From Longimicrobiales bacterium (GTDB taxonomy: Bacteria > Gemmatimonadota > Gemmatimonadetes > Longimicrobiales > Gaopeijiaceae): a stretch of DNA of 64,000 nt. A model generated the notes under the pieces. That model ran no database searches. It saw nothing but the letters and a program-made list of their open reading frames with translations, and was not told the origin of the DNA. Below, piece by piece: positions 40,201 to 48,305 of the stretch; position 1 is the stretch's first letter, and every line of letters begins with the position of its first letter. The translations under genes and the position numbers were made by a program. The stretch covers positions 1,216,001 through 1,280,000 of the forward strand of contig OZ241892.1 of the NCBI GenBank assembly GCA_965203485.1, given 5' to 3'.

Positions 40201-43200
40201 AAGCAGGCGGGCTACGCGGGCGGCAGCGGGACGGCTACGCTGGCGTTCCGGTACGTGGTCGTGTCCGCCGACGCGGACGCCGACGGGCTCAGCGTCGCGG
40301 CGGGCGCGTTGGCGCTGAACGGCGGCACGATCAAGGTGTCGGGCGGCACGGCGGACGCTTTGCTGGGCCTGGGCGCGCACGCGGTGGCGAACAGCGGGGG
40401 CCACAAGGTTGCGGGCGGGACGTTCACGGCGTCGTCGCCGAGCGCGGCGTCGGTGACGAGCGCGCCGGCGAGCGGCGACACGTACGGGTTGGGCGAGCGC
40501 ATCGAGGTACGGGTGACGTTCGCGCGCCCGGTCGTCGTGACGGGCGCGCCGCAGCTGGCGCTGGGCATCGGGAGCGCGACGAAGCAGGCGGGTTACGCTG
40601 GCGGGAGCGGGACGCGCGCGCTGGTGTTCGGCTACGTGGTCGCGTCCGCGGACGCGGACGCCGACGGGATCAGCGTGGGCGCGAGCGCGCTGTCGTTGAA
40701 CGGCGGCGCGATAGCCGACGCGCGCGACGGGGCGACGGCGGCCGGGCTGGGCCTGGGCTCGAGCGCGATCGCGAACGCTGGCGCGCACAAGGTGGACGGC
40801 AGCGTCGAGGGCGCGCCGGCGGTTGCGGGCGCTCGGCTGGCGAGCGCGCCGTCGAGCGGCGGGTCGTACGGACTGGGCGAGGAGATACGGGTGGCGGTGC
40901 GCTTCGACCGCGCGGTGGCGGTGACGGGCACGCCCGAGCTGGCGCTGGGCATCGGCGCTGCGACGCGGCAGGCGGGCTACGCGAGCGGGAGCGGCACGTC
41001 CGAGCTCGAGTTCGCGTACGTGGTTCAGGCGGCGGACGCCGACAGGGACGGGATCAGCGTTGGCGCGGGCGCGTTGTCGCTGAGCGGCGGGACGCTGGTG
41101 GTCGCGGGCGGCACGGCGGCGGCGGTTCTGTCGCTGGGCAGCCACGCGATAGTGAACGCGAGCGGCCACGCCGTCGCCGGCACGCTCGAGGCGGCGCCGG
41201 TCGTGACGGGCGCGCGGCTGGTCTCGTCGCCTGCGAACGGGAGCGCGTACGGGTTGAGCGAGCGGATCGCCGTCGCGCTGGCGTTCAGCCGTCCGGTGGA
41301 CGTTGCGGGCGCGCCGCAGCTGGCGCTGGGCATCGGGAGCGCGACGCGGCAGGCGGGCTACGCGAGCGGGAGCGGCACGGCCGAGCTGGTGTTCGGCTAC
41401 GTCGTCGCGGGCGGCGACGCCGACGCCGACGGCGTGAGCGTCGCGGCGGGCGCGCTGGCCTTGAACGGCGGGACGATCGTGATCGCGGGCGGGCGCGTGG
41501 CGGCCGTGCTGTCGCTGGGCACGCACGCGTTGTCGAACGTCGCGGGCCACCTGGTGGACGGGAGCGCCGAGACGGCGCCTGCCGTGGCGGGCGTGGCGCT
41601 GGCGAGCGCGCCGATCGGCGGCGGCCGCTACGAGCTGGGCGAGGAGATCCGCGTGCACGTGCGCTTCGACCGCGCCGTCGCCGTTACGGGCGCGCCGACG
41701 CTGGCGCTGACGATCGGCGCGCAGACGCGCACGGCGCGCTTCGTGCGCGTGGTCGGCTACGCCGCCGCCGCGCGCGCGGGCTGGGCCGGCGGCGCGGCGG
41801 GCTATGCAGGCGCGGGCTGGGCCGGCGGTGGCGGTGCCGCGGGCTCCGGCGCTGGGGCGGGCGCGTTGGGCGCGACGCAGGGCGCGGCGCTCGAGTTCGC
41901 GTACGCCGTTCAGGCGGCGGACGCCGACGCGGACGGGATCAGCGTGGGCGCGGGCGCGCTGTCGCTGAACGGCGGCGCGATCACGCTGCTGGGCGGCACC
42001 GCGGCGGCTGGACTGTCGCTGGGCGGCCACGCGATCGCGAACGTCGGCGGCCACAATGTGGACGGCAGCGTCGTGTCGCCGCCTGCGGTCGCGGGCGTCG
42101 AGGCGAGCCGTCCGCAGTCGGGCGGCCGCTGGCGCGCCGGCCAGACGATCGAGATCGCCGTCGTGTTCGACCGGCCGGTGAGCGCGACGGGCAGCCCGCG
42201 TCTGGCGCTGGCGATGGGCACGCGCACGGTGCACGCCGCGCTGGCGTCGGCGAGCGGGCGGCGCGTCGAGTTCGCGTACGAGGTGCGTCCTCACGACCGC
42301 GCGCCGAACGGGATCGCGCTGGCCGCCGACGCGCTGGACGCGAGCGGCGCGGCGATCGTGTCGGCCGCCGACGGTTCGACGCCGGCCGTGCTGTCGCTGG
42401 GCAGCCATGCGTTCGCGAGCGATCCGACGCGCAGGGTCGAGGGCGGCGGCGGCGAGCCGGAGCCGGGGCGGCCGCCGAAGTTCGGGGCCGAGTCGTACGC
42501 GTTCGAGCTGGCCGAGAACGTCGCGGGCGCCGTCGTCGTGGGCGCCGTGAGCGCCGTGGACCCGGACGAGGGCGACGAGGTGTACTACCGGCTGCGCGAG
42601 GGCGGCGGCCTGTTCGAGGTGGGCGAGACGAGCGGCGAGGTCAGCTACGTCGGCGCGGGCGAAGACTACGAAGCCGGCCCGCGCGAGCACGCGCTCGTCG
42701 TGTCGGCCGCCGACGTCGGCGGCCTCGCGTCGACCGTCCGCGTGACGGTGAAGGTGACGAACGCGAACGAGGCGCCCGCGTTCGAGCGGGCGAGCTGGAC
42801 GTTCGAGCTGGCCGAGAACGCGGCCGGGCCCATAGTGCTGGGCACGGTCAGCGCGACCGACCCGGACGAGGGCGAGGCGCTGTCGTACAGCCTCGTCTCG
42901 GGCGGCGGCGGCCTGTTCGAGCTGGACGCTGCGAGCGGCGCCGTGCGCTACGTCGGCGCCGGCGAAGACTACGAGGCCGGCCCGCGCGAGCACGCGCTGG
43001 CCGTCGCCGTCGCCGACGCGGGCGGGCTGCGAGCGGCGGCCGGCGTCGTGATAGCCGTCGCCGACGCCGACGAGGCGCCCGTGTTCGAGCGGGCGAGCTG
43101 GACGTTCGAGCTGGCCGAGAACGCGGCCGGGCCCATAGTGCTGGGCACGGTGTCGGCGACCGACCCGGACGAGGGCGAGGCGCTGTCGTACAGCCTGGTC

Positions 43201-45753
43201 TCGGGCGGCGGCGGCCTGTTCGAGCTGGACGCTGCGAGCGGCGCCGTGCGCTACGTCGGCGCCGGCGAGGACTACGAGACGGGTCCGCGCGAGCACGCGC
43301 TCGTCGTCGCCGCGACGGGCGCCGACGGCTTGGCCGTGCGGGCGGCCGTCGTCGTGACGGTCGCCGACGTGAACGAGGCGCCCGTGTTCGAGCAGGCGAG
43401 CTGGACGTTCGAGCTGGCCGAGAACGCTGCCGGCCCGCTCGCCGTCGGCGCCGTCGTCGCCGACGACGAGGACGAGGGCGACGTGCTGTCGTACAGCCTG
43501 GTCTCGGGCGGCGGCGGCCTGTTCGAGCTGGACGCGTCGACCGGCGCGATCAGCTACGTGGGCGCGGGCGAGGACTACGAGACGGGCCCGCGCGAGCACG
43601 CGCTCGTCGTCGCCGCGACGGACAGGGGCGGCCTGGCGGCGACGGCGAACGCGACCGTCGTCGTGACCGACGTCAACGAGGCGCCCGAAGCGACCGCGCA
43701 GATCGCCGTGGCGGCGCTCGACGCGCACGGCGCGGCCGTGCAGGAGACGCTGGACGCGTACTTCCGGGACCCGGACGGCGACGCGCTCGCGTACGCCGCC
43801 GAGTCGTCCGACACGGCGGTGGCGGCGGCGAGCGTTGCGGGCGGCGTGCTGACCATCCAGCCGTTCGCTATCGGCACGGCGAGCGTGACGGTGACGGCGA
43901 CCGATCCCGGCGGGCTGGCCGCCGAGCAGACCGTCGCCGTCGTCGTCGAGGCGTCGCGCTCCGAGCGAGCGCGCGTGCTCGAGGGCGCGCTGGCCGCGTT
44001 CGGGCGCTCGCTCGGCGCCGAGGCCGTCGACGTGATCGGCGGCCGGCTCGGGCTCGAATCGGCGGGCGGACTCGGACGCTCGCACCTCCAGCTCGGCGGA
44101 CGCTCGATCGCCTGCGACGGCGGCGCGCAACGGGCGGGCGCCGCGGTCGAAACGTCCGGGGCGACGCTGGCAGGGGCGGTTACCGGGACGGGCGCGCGTG
44201 CGTGCGGCTGGCGGGCGCTCGCTCGCTCGGCGTCCGGCCTGCTCGGCGTCCAAGTCGCGTTGCCGACCACCGGCGGTCCGGGCGGCGCGCAGTCCGCCGG
44301 CGCGCTCAATCCGGCCGCGTTGCTCTTCGGCGGCCAGGACGCGCGCGCTGGCGCGCACGGCGGATTCGGCGTGCAGGCAGGCGGCGGCCTCGGCACTGCC
44401 GGCGACTACCGGGGCCAGCAGGAGCCGGCGGCGGCCGCGCCGGGCGGCGTGACGTTCAACCCGCTGTCTGGCGGCGACCTGCTCGAGCGCAGCTCGTTCC
44501 AGCTCTCGCTCGGTGGCGGCGCGGCCAGCGACTCGGGCGCGTTCGGCGCGCAGGACGCCGCCGGCCTGCGTCCCGGCTGGACCGTCTGGGGCCGCGCGGG
44601 CATGGGCGGCTACGAGGGCCGCCCGGCCGACGGCCTGCGCTTCGGCGGCGGGCGCGCGCGCTCGGCGCACCTCGGCGCCGACTACCGCTTCGCGTCCGGC
44701 CTGCTCGTCGGCGTCGCCGGCGCGCGCAGCAGCTTCGAGACCGAGTTCGAGAGCGCCGTCAACGGCGCGGGCTCCGTCGCCGCGAGCCTGACCAGCGTGC
44801 ATCCCTACGTGCACTGGTCGCCCACCGGAGGACTCGGCCTCTGGGCCCTCGCAGGCGCAGGAACCGGCGACGCGACGCTCGAGGAGACGGCCGGCGGCCG
44901 GTTCGGCGCCGACATCGCGATGCTGATGGGCGCGCTCGGCGCGCGCCGCGAGCTGGCGGGCGGCATCGCGCTCAAGGCCGACGCGTTCTCCGTGCGCGTC
45001 CGCTCCGACGATGCGGCCGACCTGGCCGGCGTGACCGCGCGCGCGCACCGCGTCCGGCTCGCGCCCGAAGTCGCGAAGACCTGGGCGCTCGGCGGCGAAG
45101 CGTCGCTGCGCACGCGGCTCGAGCTCGGCGCGCGCCTCGACGCCGGCGACGCCGAGACGGGCCTGGGCGCCGAGGCGGGCGGCGAAGCGTCGTTCGACCA
45201 CGCGCCCACCGGCCTGTCCGTCGCGATGCGCGGGCGCGCGCTGCTCGCGCACCAGGCCGAGGGCCTGCGCGAATGGGGCGCCGGCGTCTCGCTCCGGCTC
45301 CAGCCCGGCGGCGGCGCCGAGGACGGCCTGTCGCTCTCCGTCGAGCCGGCATGGGGCGCCGGCGCGGGCGCCACGGGGGCGCTCTGGCGCCAAGGCGCCG
45401 CCGCGCTCGAACCCGCCGTGCAAACGGCGCCGACGGCCGCGCCGTCCGGCTGGGCGCCCGGGCGCATGGCCATGGAGCTCGGCTGGGGCGTCGCGCTCGA
45501 CAACGGCGCCACGATCACGCCCTTCGGACGCTGGAGCCAGGACGCAGGCGCCGGCCAGCGCTTCAACGCCGGCGCGCGCTTCTCGCTGCTCGGCCAGTCC
45601 GCCCAGTCCGGCCCGCGCGCCGACACGGACGCCTCCTCGCCCGCCGCCGAGAGCCCGCGGTTCTTCCTCCACCTCTACGGCGAGCACGCCTCCTCGCCGC
45701 TCGAACCCCCGCAACGCCGCCTCGGCATCGCAGGCGCCATCCAGCTCAGGTAA
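34213..45753 (+). CDS. Giant repetitive surface adhesin (21 ~125-aa repeats, 4 cadherin repeats, Ig-like domain, autotransporter-like beta-barrel); true start possibly 34146 across the poly-C tract
   Basis: 3846-aa ORF; signal peptide ending LSA-Q; repeated V.VTG.P.L.L.IG...R.A.Y.SG.G...L.F.Y.V...D.D.DG; cadherin motifs F.L.EN, A.D.D, DYE, D.NE.P.F; C-terminal WTVWG..., GADY. Confidence 0.9.
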   Translation: MMVGQPGRSGPSTRQSIGRTALAAMGLLAAFGTTPPPPLSAQMAPAVDSVYIVSTPVAAASTYGTSEEIRVTVTFNGNIDMAGTAPYLNLTIGANTRQATRCATLDDGASFCYTVVSADSDTTGISIGASALVLPSGGTIRAQGTTTNANLSLGTHAIVDDAGHKVNGALITPRVSRVAWQSSPGPDSTYVLGDVVSVRVYWDQQIDFPTYGHEMSFAFQIGENSRRVNWYTRTGGHTDVAFRYTITANDLDADGISLLEDAFRFHTSTPPTRRGGTALVDVSLGAHAVMNAAGHKVDGRVPSVARTSITSDAGTDSTYARGDAIDIGVVFSEVVDVTGTPQLALQIGSDTVQANYVSGTGGDSLTFRYAVSSGDTDGNGISYAADALALNGGTINKAGQAVTAALGLGSAVATNAAAHKVDGTTGPPVVTGVSIASDAGTDSAYASGDTIKAVVVFNENVTVTGTPQLALTIGSQTRQANYVSGSGNDSLTFTYVAATGDIDDNGLSIGSSALTLNGGTIKRGTTVDAALSLLGREVTNAPAHRVVVVTGFAHVTGTSITSDPGTDSIYTLGDTIEVLVVFNENVDVTGTPQLVLEIGAATRQANYVSGTGNDSLTFRYVTVAADTDTTGISYSRNALTLNGGTIKRAGATADAYLGLRTHVVTDAAAHKVLATTNKVTGLSVNSAGPDSTFVRGDTMRVTLSFGETTVVTGTPRIRMWLGATSRWATYHSGSGTSELEFRYVVEVAINDGTGVGILADAVDLNGGTVKDANQADVGVRIPMALTIVDDPRWKVAGSTRITSASVGRPPTGDTFERGDTIVVTMIYSDSVDVTGVPTAWLKLTSASHRPALYASGTGTDTLKFRYVVEAGDHDNDGLSLYGNAIQLTGGSTIREAGTTTSAFHDTPWPYGGQDAIANSAGHKVAGAARVASVSVGSPPVGDTFERGDTIKVTLVYTDSVDVAGVPTVWVTIGTNPWAGATYASGSGTDSLEFHYVVQAADADADGISMVGNALQLTGGSTITEAGTSTNTFTDVPWSGPGSGGNAITNSAGHKVAGGTFTAALVSGVAITSEPSSDSTYGRTERIEAEVTFNRKVTVTGTPQLALEIGNDTVQANYASGTTTKTLTFGYTVAAADADSTGISIGASALTLNSGAINDARDNTMAASLGLGTNAIANARSHKVNGNLGPPGVTELTISSPTVGDTFERGETIEVSLVFNRAVAVTGTPQLALGIGAATKQASYASGTGTTSLVFRYLVVAADADADGLSIGASALALNGGTIRLAGGVLDATLGLAASAVTNSAGHKVEGGTFTTPVVSAVTISSTPASASTYQLGESIEVKVAFSRPVAVTGSPELALGVGTATRQADYDSGSSSADTLVFGYAVRPADADADGLSIAAGALALNGGTIADARPGATAASLDLGSNAITNAAAHKVNGGLGPPGVTGLAVASPPAGAVFERGDTIVATVRFNKAVDVTGTPQLALGIGAQTRQAAYASGTGTAALVFRYVVATADVDADGLSVGASALALNSGTIDVSGGTTDALLSLERHAFENFLVVNGGLFTASSVSGVSISSSPASDSTYGRTERIEVEVTFARAVTVTGTPQLALTIGDSTRQASYASGSGTKTLAFGYVVAASDSDANGLSVGPAALALNGGAIDDARDASEAAGLGLGSHAISNALAHKVNGSLGPPGVTGVTLGSPPVGATFERGDTIVAALAFNRAVAVTGAPQLALGIGSATKQAVYASGSGTSSLEFRYVVVTADVDADGLSVATTALGLNGGTVRLAGGTLDATLGLGTHAISNSAGHKVAGGTFTASGVTGVAVASSPASGATYGLGERIEVRVTFARAVAVTGTPQLALGIGAATRQADYAGGTGTPQLSFGYVVVAGDADSDGLSIGASALALNGGGIADGRDGSTAAALGLGSSAVADAAGHRVDATRGPPGVMGVTIGSPQVGDTFERGDTVEVEVEFNKPVAVTGAPQLALGIGAATKQAGYAGGSGTATLAFRYVVVSADADADGLSVAAGALALNGGTIKVSGGTADALLGLGAHAVANSGGHKVAGGTFTASSPSAASVTSAPASGDTYGLGERIEVRVTFARPVVVTGAPQLALGIGSATKQAGYAGGSGTRALVFGYVVASADADADGISVGASALSLNGGAIADARDGATAAGLGLGSSAIANAGAHKVDGSVEGAPAVAGARLASAPSSGGSYGLGEEIRVAVRFDRAVAVTGTPELALGIGAATRQAGYASGSGTSELEFAYVVQAADADRDGISVGAGALSLSGGTLVVAGGTAAAVLSLGSHAIVNASGHAVAGTLEAAPVVTGARLVSSPANGSAYGLSERIAVALAFSRPVDVAGAPQLALGIGSATRQAGYASGSGTAELVFGYVVAGGDADADGVSVAAGALALNGGTIVIAGGRVAAVLSLGTHALSNVAGHLVDGSAETAPAVAGVALASAPIGGGRYELGEEIRVHVRFDRAVAVTGAPTLALTIGAQTRTARFVRVVGYAAAARAGWAGGAAGYAGAGWAGGGGAAGSGAGAGALGATQGAALEFAYAVQAADADADGISVGAGALSLNGGAITLLGGTAAAGLSLGGHAIANVGGHNVDGSVVSPPAVAGVEASRPQSGGRWRAGQTIEIAVVFDRPVSATGSPRLALAMGTRTVHAALASASGRRVEFAYEVRPHDRAPNGIALAADALDASGAAIVSAADGSTPAVLSLGSHAFASDPTRRVEGGGGEPEPGRPPKFGAESYAFELAENVAGAVVVGAVSAVDPDEGDEVYYRLREGGGLFEVGETSGEVSYVGAGEDYEAGPREHALVVSAADVGGLASTVRVTVKVTNANEAPAFERASWTFELAENAAGPIVLGTVSATDPDEGEALSYSLVSGGGGLFELDAASGAVRYVGAGEDYEAGPREHALAVAVADAGGLRAAAGVVIAVADADEAPVFERASWTFELAENAAGPIVLGTVSATDPDEGEALSYSLVSGGGGLFELDAASGAVRYVGAGEDYETGPREHALVVAATGADGLAVRAAVVVTVADVNEAPVFEQASWTFELAENAAGPLAVGAVVADDEDEGDVLSYSLVSGGGGLFELDASTGAISYVGAGEDYETGPREHALVVAATDRGGLAATANATVVVTDVNEAPEATAQIAVAALDAHGAAVQETLDAYFRDPDGDALAYAAESSDTAVAAASVAGGVLTIQPFAIGTASVTVTATDPGGLAAEQTVAVVVEASRSERARVLEGALAAFGRSLGAEAVDVIGGRLGLESAGGLGRSHLQLGGRSIACDGGAQRAGAAVETSGATLAGAVTGTGARACGWRALARSASGLLGVQVALPTTGGPGGAQSAGALNPAALLFGGQDARAGAHGGFGVQAGGGLGTAGDYRGQQEPAAAAPGGVTFNPLSGGDLLERSSFQLSLGGGAASDSGAFGAQDAAGLRPGWTVWGRAGMGGYEGRPADGLRFGGGRARSAHLGADYRFASGLLVGVAGARSSFETEFESAVNGAGSVAASLTSVHPYVHWSPTGGLGLWALAGAGTGDATLEETAGGRFGADIAMLMGALGARRELAGGIALKADAFSVRVRSDDAADLAGVTARAHRVRLAPEVAKTWALGGEASLRTRLELGARLDAGDAETGLGAEAGGEASFDHAPTGLSVAMRGRALLAHQAEGLREWGAGVSLRLQPGGGAEDGLSLSVEPAWGAGAGATGALWRQGAAALEPAVQTAPTAAPSGWAPGRMAMELGWGVALDNGATITPFGRWSQDAGAGQRFNAGARFSLLGQSAQSGPRADTDASSPAAESPRFFLHLYGEHASSPLEPPQRRLGIAGAIQLR
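34345..42445 (+). repeat. 21 tandem ~375-bp coding repeats
   Basis: Counted manually in translation, each usually ending N...HKV.G; boundaries approximate. Confidence 0.85.
42463..43674 (+). repeat. Four tandem 303-bp cadherin-domain repeats
   Basis: N/DEAP boundaries at 42766, 43069, 43372, 43675; copies 2 and 3 nearly identical in DNA. Confidence 0.9.
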
Positions 45754-45936
45754 ACGCCCAACGGCACGGTTCCCTCCGACGAAGCGCGCCAAGCCGCCCC
45801 GCCTGGCCGGAGCAGGCGAGTCAGGACGCGCCTCGCGGGAACCGCATCATCGGCGGACGGCGTGCACTTACGCCCCGGTGAGCCAAGTGCGCTTCCGGGT
45901 CCCGCTCTTCGGCAAACTGGCAGCGCGTCCGTCCGC

Positions 45937-46527
45937 TCAGTCCTGTCCCTTCCGCGCCGTGTCTTCCCGCGTCCAGTCGCCGGACCGGCCGCCGGACTTG
46001 CGAACAAGCTGGACGCGCTCGATCGTCATCGAGCGGTCCGCCGCCTTCAACATGTCGTAGGCGGCAAGCAGCGCGACGCAAACGGCCGTCAGCGCTTCCA
46101 TTTCGGCTCCCGTGCGTCCGTTGGCGCGAGCGGCGGCCGTGACGCGCAACCCGGGCAAGGCAGGCTCCCTCCGCACTTCCACGGCGACGCCGGCCTCCGG
46201 GAGCACATGGCAAAGCGGAACGAGGTCGCCCGCCCGCTTGCCGCCCATGATGCCGGCAATGCGCGCGACCTGCTCCACGTCGCCCTTGGGATTGGCGCCG
46301 CTCTCCAGCAACCGGTAGGCGTCCGCCGAGCAACGCAACGCGCCCTCGGCCACGGCTTCGCGCTCAGTCGCGACCTTGGCCGTGACATCGACCATGGAGG
46401 CTTCGCCCGCGTGGGAGAGGTGGGTCAGCGCGGCAGCCGCATCGGTCGGCCGCGCATGGACCAGCCGGTGGTCGTGGGCGGCGTCGCCGCGGTCGGCGCT
46501 CCCAGGGGCGTCTCCCGATTCGTTCAC
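45937..46527 (-). CDS. moaC: Cyclic pyranopterin monophosphate synthase
   Basis: LTH, MVDV..K..T.R.A.A, KGDV..VARIAGI, LVPLCH, TG.EMEAL, YDM.KA.D, KSGG.SG. Confidence 0.95.
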   Translation of the reverse strand: MNESGDAPGSADRGDAAHDHRLVHARPTDAAAALTHLSHAGEASMVDVTAKVATEREAVAEGALRCSADAYRLLESGANPKGDVEQVARIAGIMGGKRAGDLVPLCHVLPEAGVAVEVRREPALPGLRVTAAARANGRTGAEMEALTAVCVALLAAYDMLKAADRSMTIERVQLVRKSGGRSGDWTREDTARKGQD

Positions 46528-47654
46528 GGCCTGCCTCCAAGAGCGGCACGCAGGTCCAGCAGCATCGCCGAGACCAGCAGTTGAGGATTCACGTTGCCCG
46601 CGGCGAGCATCGACGCCTCCTCGACGTGGCCCACGGCGGCCGCGACAGTGTCCGGCGCGGGCCGAAGTCGCTCCGCCAGCCGTTGCAGGAACGGCAACTC
46701 GTCGGCGTTGACGACATGCGCGTCCCTGCCCAAGCAGACGGCGCACAGGTCCCGGAGCCACAGCTGAAGCGCCGCCAGCAAACCCAGCAGCGCCCGGCCG
46801 CCGCCGCTGCCGAAGTCGAGCGCCCGCGCGTATGGGCCGCCGCGCTTGTCGTCCGTCGCAGCCCGCAGGAGATCGAGGGCCGTGGCGCGCGCCTCGGACA
46901 GACTGCTCTCAGGGTCCAGCATCCGCAAGGCGACGCCGATCGATCCCTGCGACAGCGCCGCCGCCGAATCCGCGGCCGCTTGGCCGACGCCGCGCTCCTC
47001 CACCAGGAACGCCGCGACGCGGCCGATGGACAACGGCGGCACGCGGATCGGCAACGCGCGCGACCGGATCGTGTCCAGGAGGCTGTCCGGCTTGCTGGAC
47101 GTGAGTATGAAGCGACATGGGCCCGGCGGCTCCTCAAGGAGCTTCAGCAGCGCGTTCGCGGCCTCGGGGCTTGATTCCTGCGGGACCAGGTGCTCGGCGT
47201 CTCCAACGATGAAGGTCTGTTTGTCGGTCGTGGCCGGACGCCGGTGGGCCTGTCGGCGAACGACGCTGACCGCCGCGAAGTAGATGCCCTTGACGTCGCC
47301 TTCGGAGACGGCGTCCAGCGGACTCGCTCGCAACGCGCTGAGGCGTTCTTGACGCGCGGTCTCGAGCGCCTCCTCCAACTTGCCGGGGCCCGACGTCCCC
47401 TTGGGCCGGGGCAACGGAAAATGCCAGTGCACGTCCGGGTGCTCCAAGCGAAGCGCGCTGCGGCAATGTCCGCACTCGTCGCACGGCGCCGCCTCGTCGG
47501 ATCCGCAAATGCTTGCCCGCGCAATCCATTGAGCGAGCGACTGCTTGCCGCAACCGGCAGGCCCGTGCAGAAGCACCGTGCCAGGGAGAGATCCGCGCTC
47601 GATGGAGCGCCGAATAGCCGCGCGTAGGCCGACATGCCCTCGAAGACGAGGCAT
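46524..47654 (-). CDS. holB: DNA polymerase III subunit delta'
   Basis: LL.GP.G.GK, C..PCDECGHC zinc module, HPDVH, AANALLKLLEEPP, TIRSR; start uncertain. Confidence 0.9.
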   Translation of the reverse strand: MPRLRGHVGLRAAIRRSIERGSLPGTVLLHGPAGCGKQSLAQWIARASICGSDEAAPCDECGHCRSALRLEHPDVHWHFPLPRPKGTSGPGKLEEALETARQERLSALRASPLDAVSEGDVKGIYFAAVSVVRRQAHRRPATTDKQTFIVGDAEHLVPQESSPEAANALLKLLEEPPGPCRFILTSSKPDSLLDTIRSRALPIRVPPLSIGRVAAFLVEERGVGQAAADSAAALSQGSIGVALRMLDPESSLSEARATALDLLRAATDDKRGGPYARALDFGSGGGRALLGLLAALQLWLRDLCAVCLGRDAHVVNADELPFLQRLAERLRPAPDTVAAAVGHVEEASMLAAGNVNPQLLVSAMLLDLRAALGGRP

Positions 47655-48305
47655 TCGAGCGTTGCGGGGCTCGGGCTCCGGCGTCTTCATGGCCCTCGGG
47701 GAAGAAGGATCGGGCCGTCGTGCACGCATGGCCAACGGGATGAGCAACCCAGCAAATGTGCCGGTTGCCCGGCTGGGCGGCAACGGCGCCCGCGAATGCG
47801 GTGACCGCCGGGGGCAACGAGCAAGGTCCTGCTTTCCGTCGAGTCCAAGCCGCCGCGCGCGGGAACAGCAGCGCCGCCGTCATTGGATTGGCGGTTCGCA
47901 TGTTGGCCGTCGCCGCCGTGCGGCGGAACTCGGCGACCGGCGCCGAACCGGCTTCCCGGCCGTGGCAAGACGCCAGTCTCATTGGACGCCCGGCCCGCCC
48001 ACCAGATCGGCGCTCGTTCCGTCCATTCCGCCCAAGGCGCTCCCTTGCCGGAACTGCTCGACGAGCCGAGGGGCCGTCGCGGATTGCCCCTTCCTAGCCT
48101 AGCTGTCACGCGGCCCCGCGCGAGTTCCCGTCGGTGACGCCGTCCACGGACGGGAAGGGAGACTGGGTTGCGACGCGCGACCAAAGTAGATTGATGCAAC
48201 CGCAACGGCGCGTACGCACGGCGAGCGTACGCGGACCGGCGAGTCGCCACCTGCTTCTGCGAGCGGTCTACGTCCACCGTTCGACTGCCTTCGCAGCGAG
48301 ACGCC

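Noticed and set aside
34345..43674. Diversity-generating retroelement acting on adhesin repeats
   Set aside because: No reverse transcriptase and no TR/VR pair with adenine-specific differences seen; the repeats are all in-frame coding
37336..45792. 2818-aa antisense ORF, and similar long ORFs such as 2046..6566, 53549..59263 and the 5' part of 8658..13430
   Set aside because: R/A/G/P-rich shadow ORFs expected from high-GC codon bias opposite or overlapping well-supported genes
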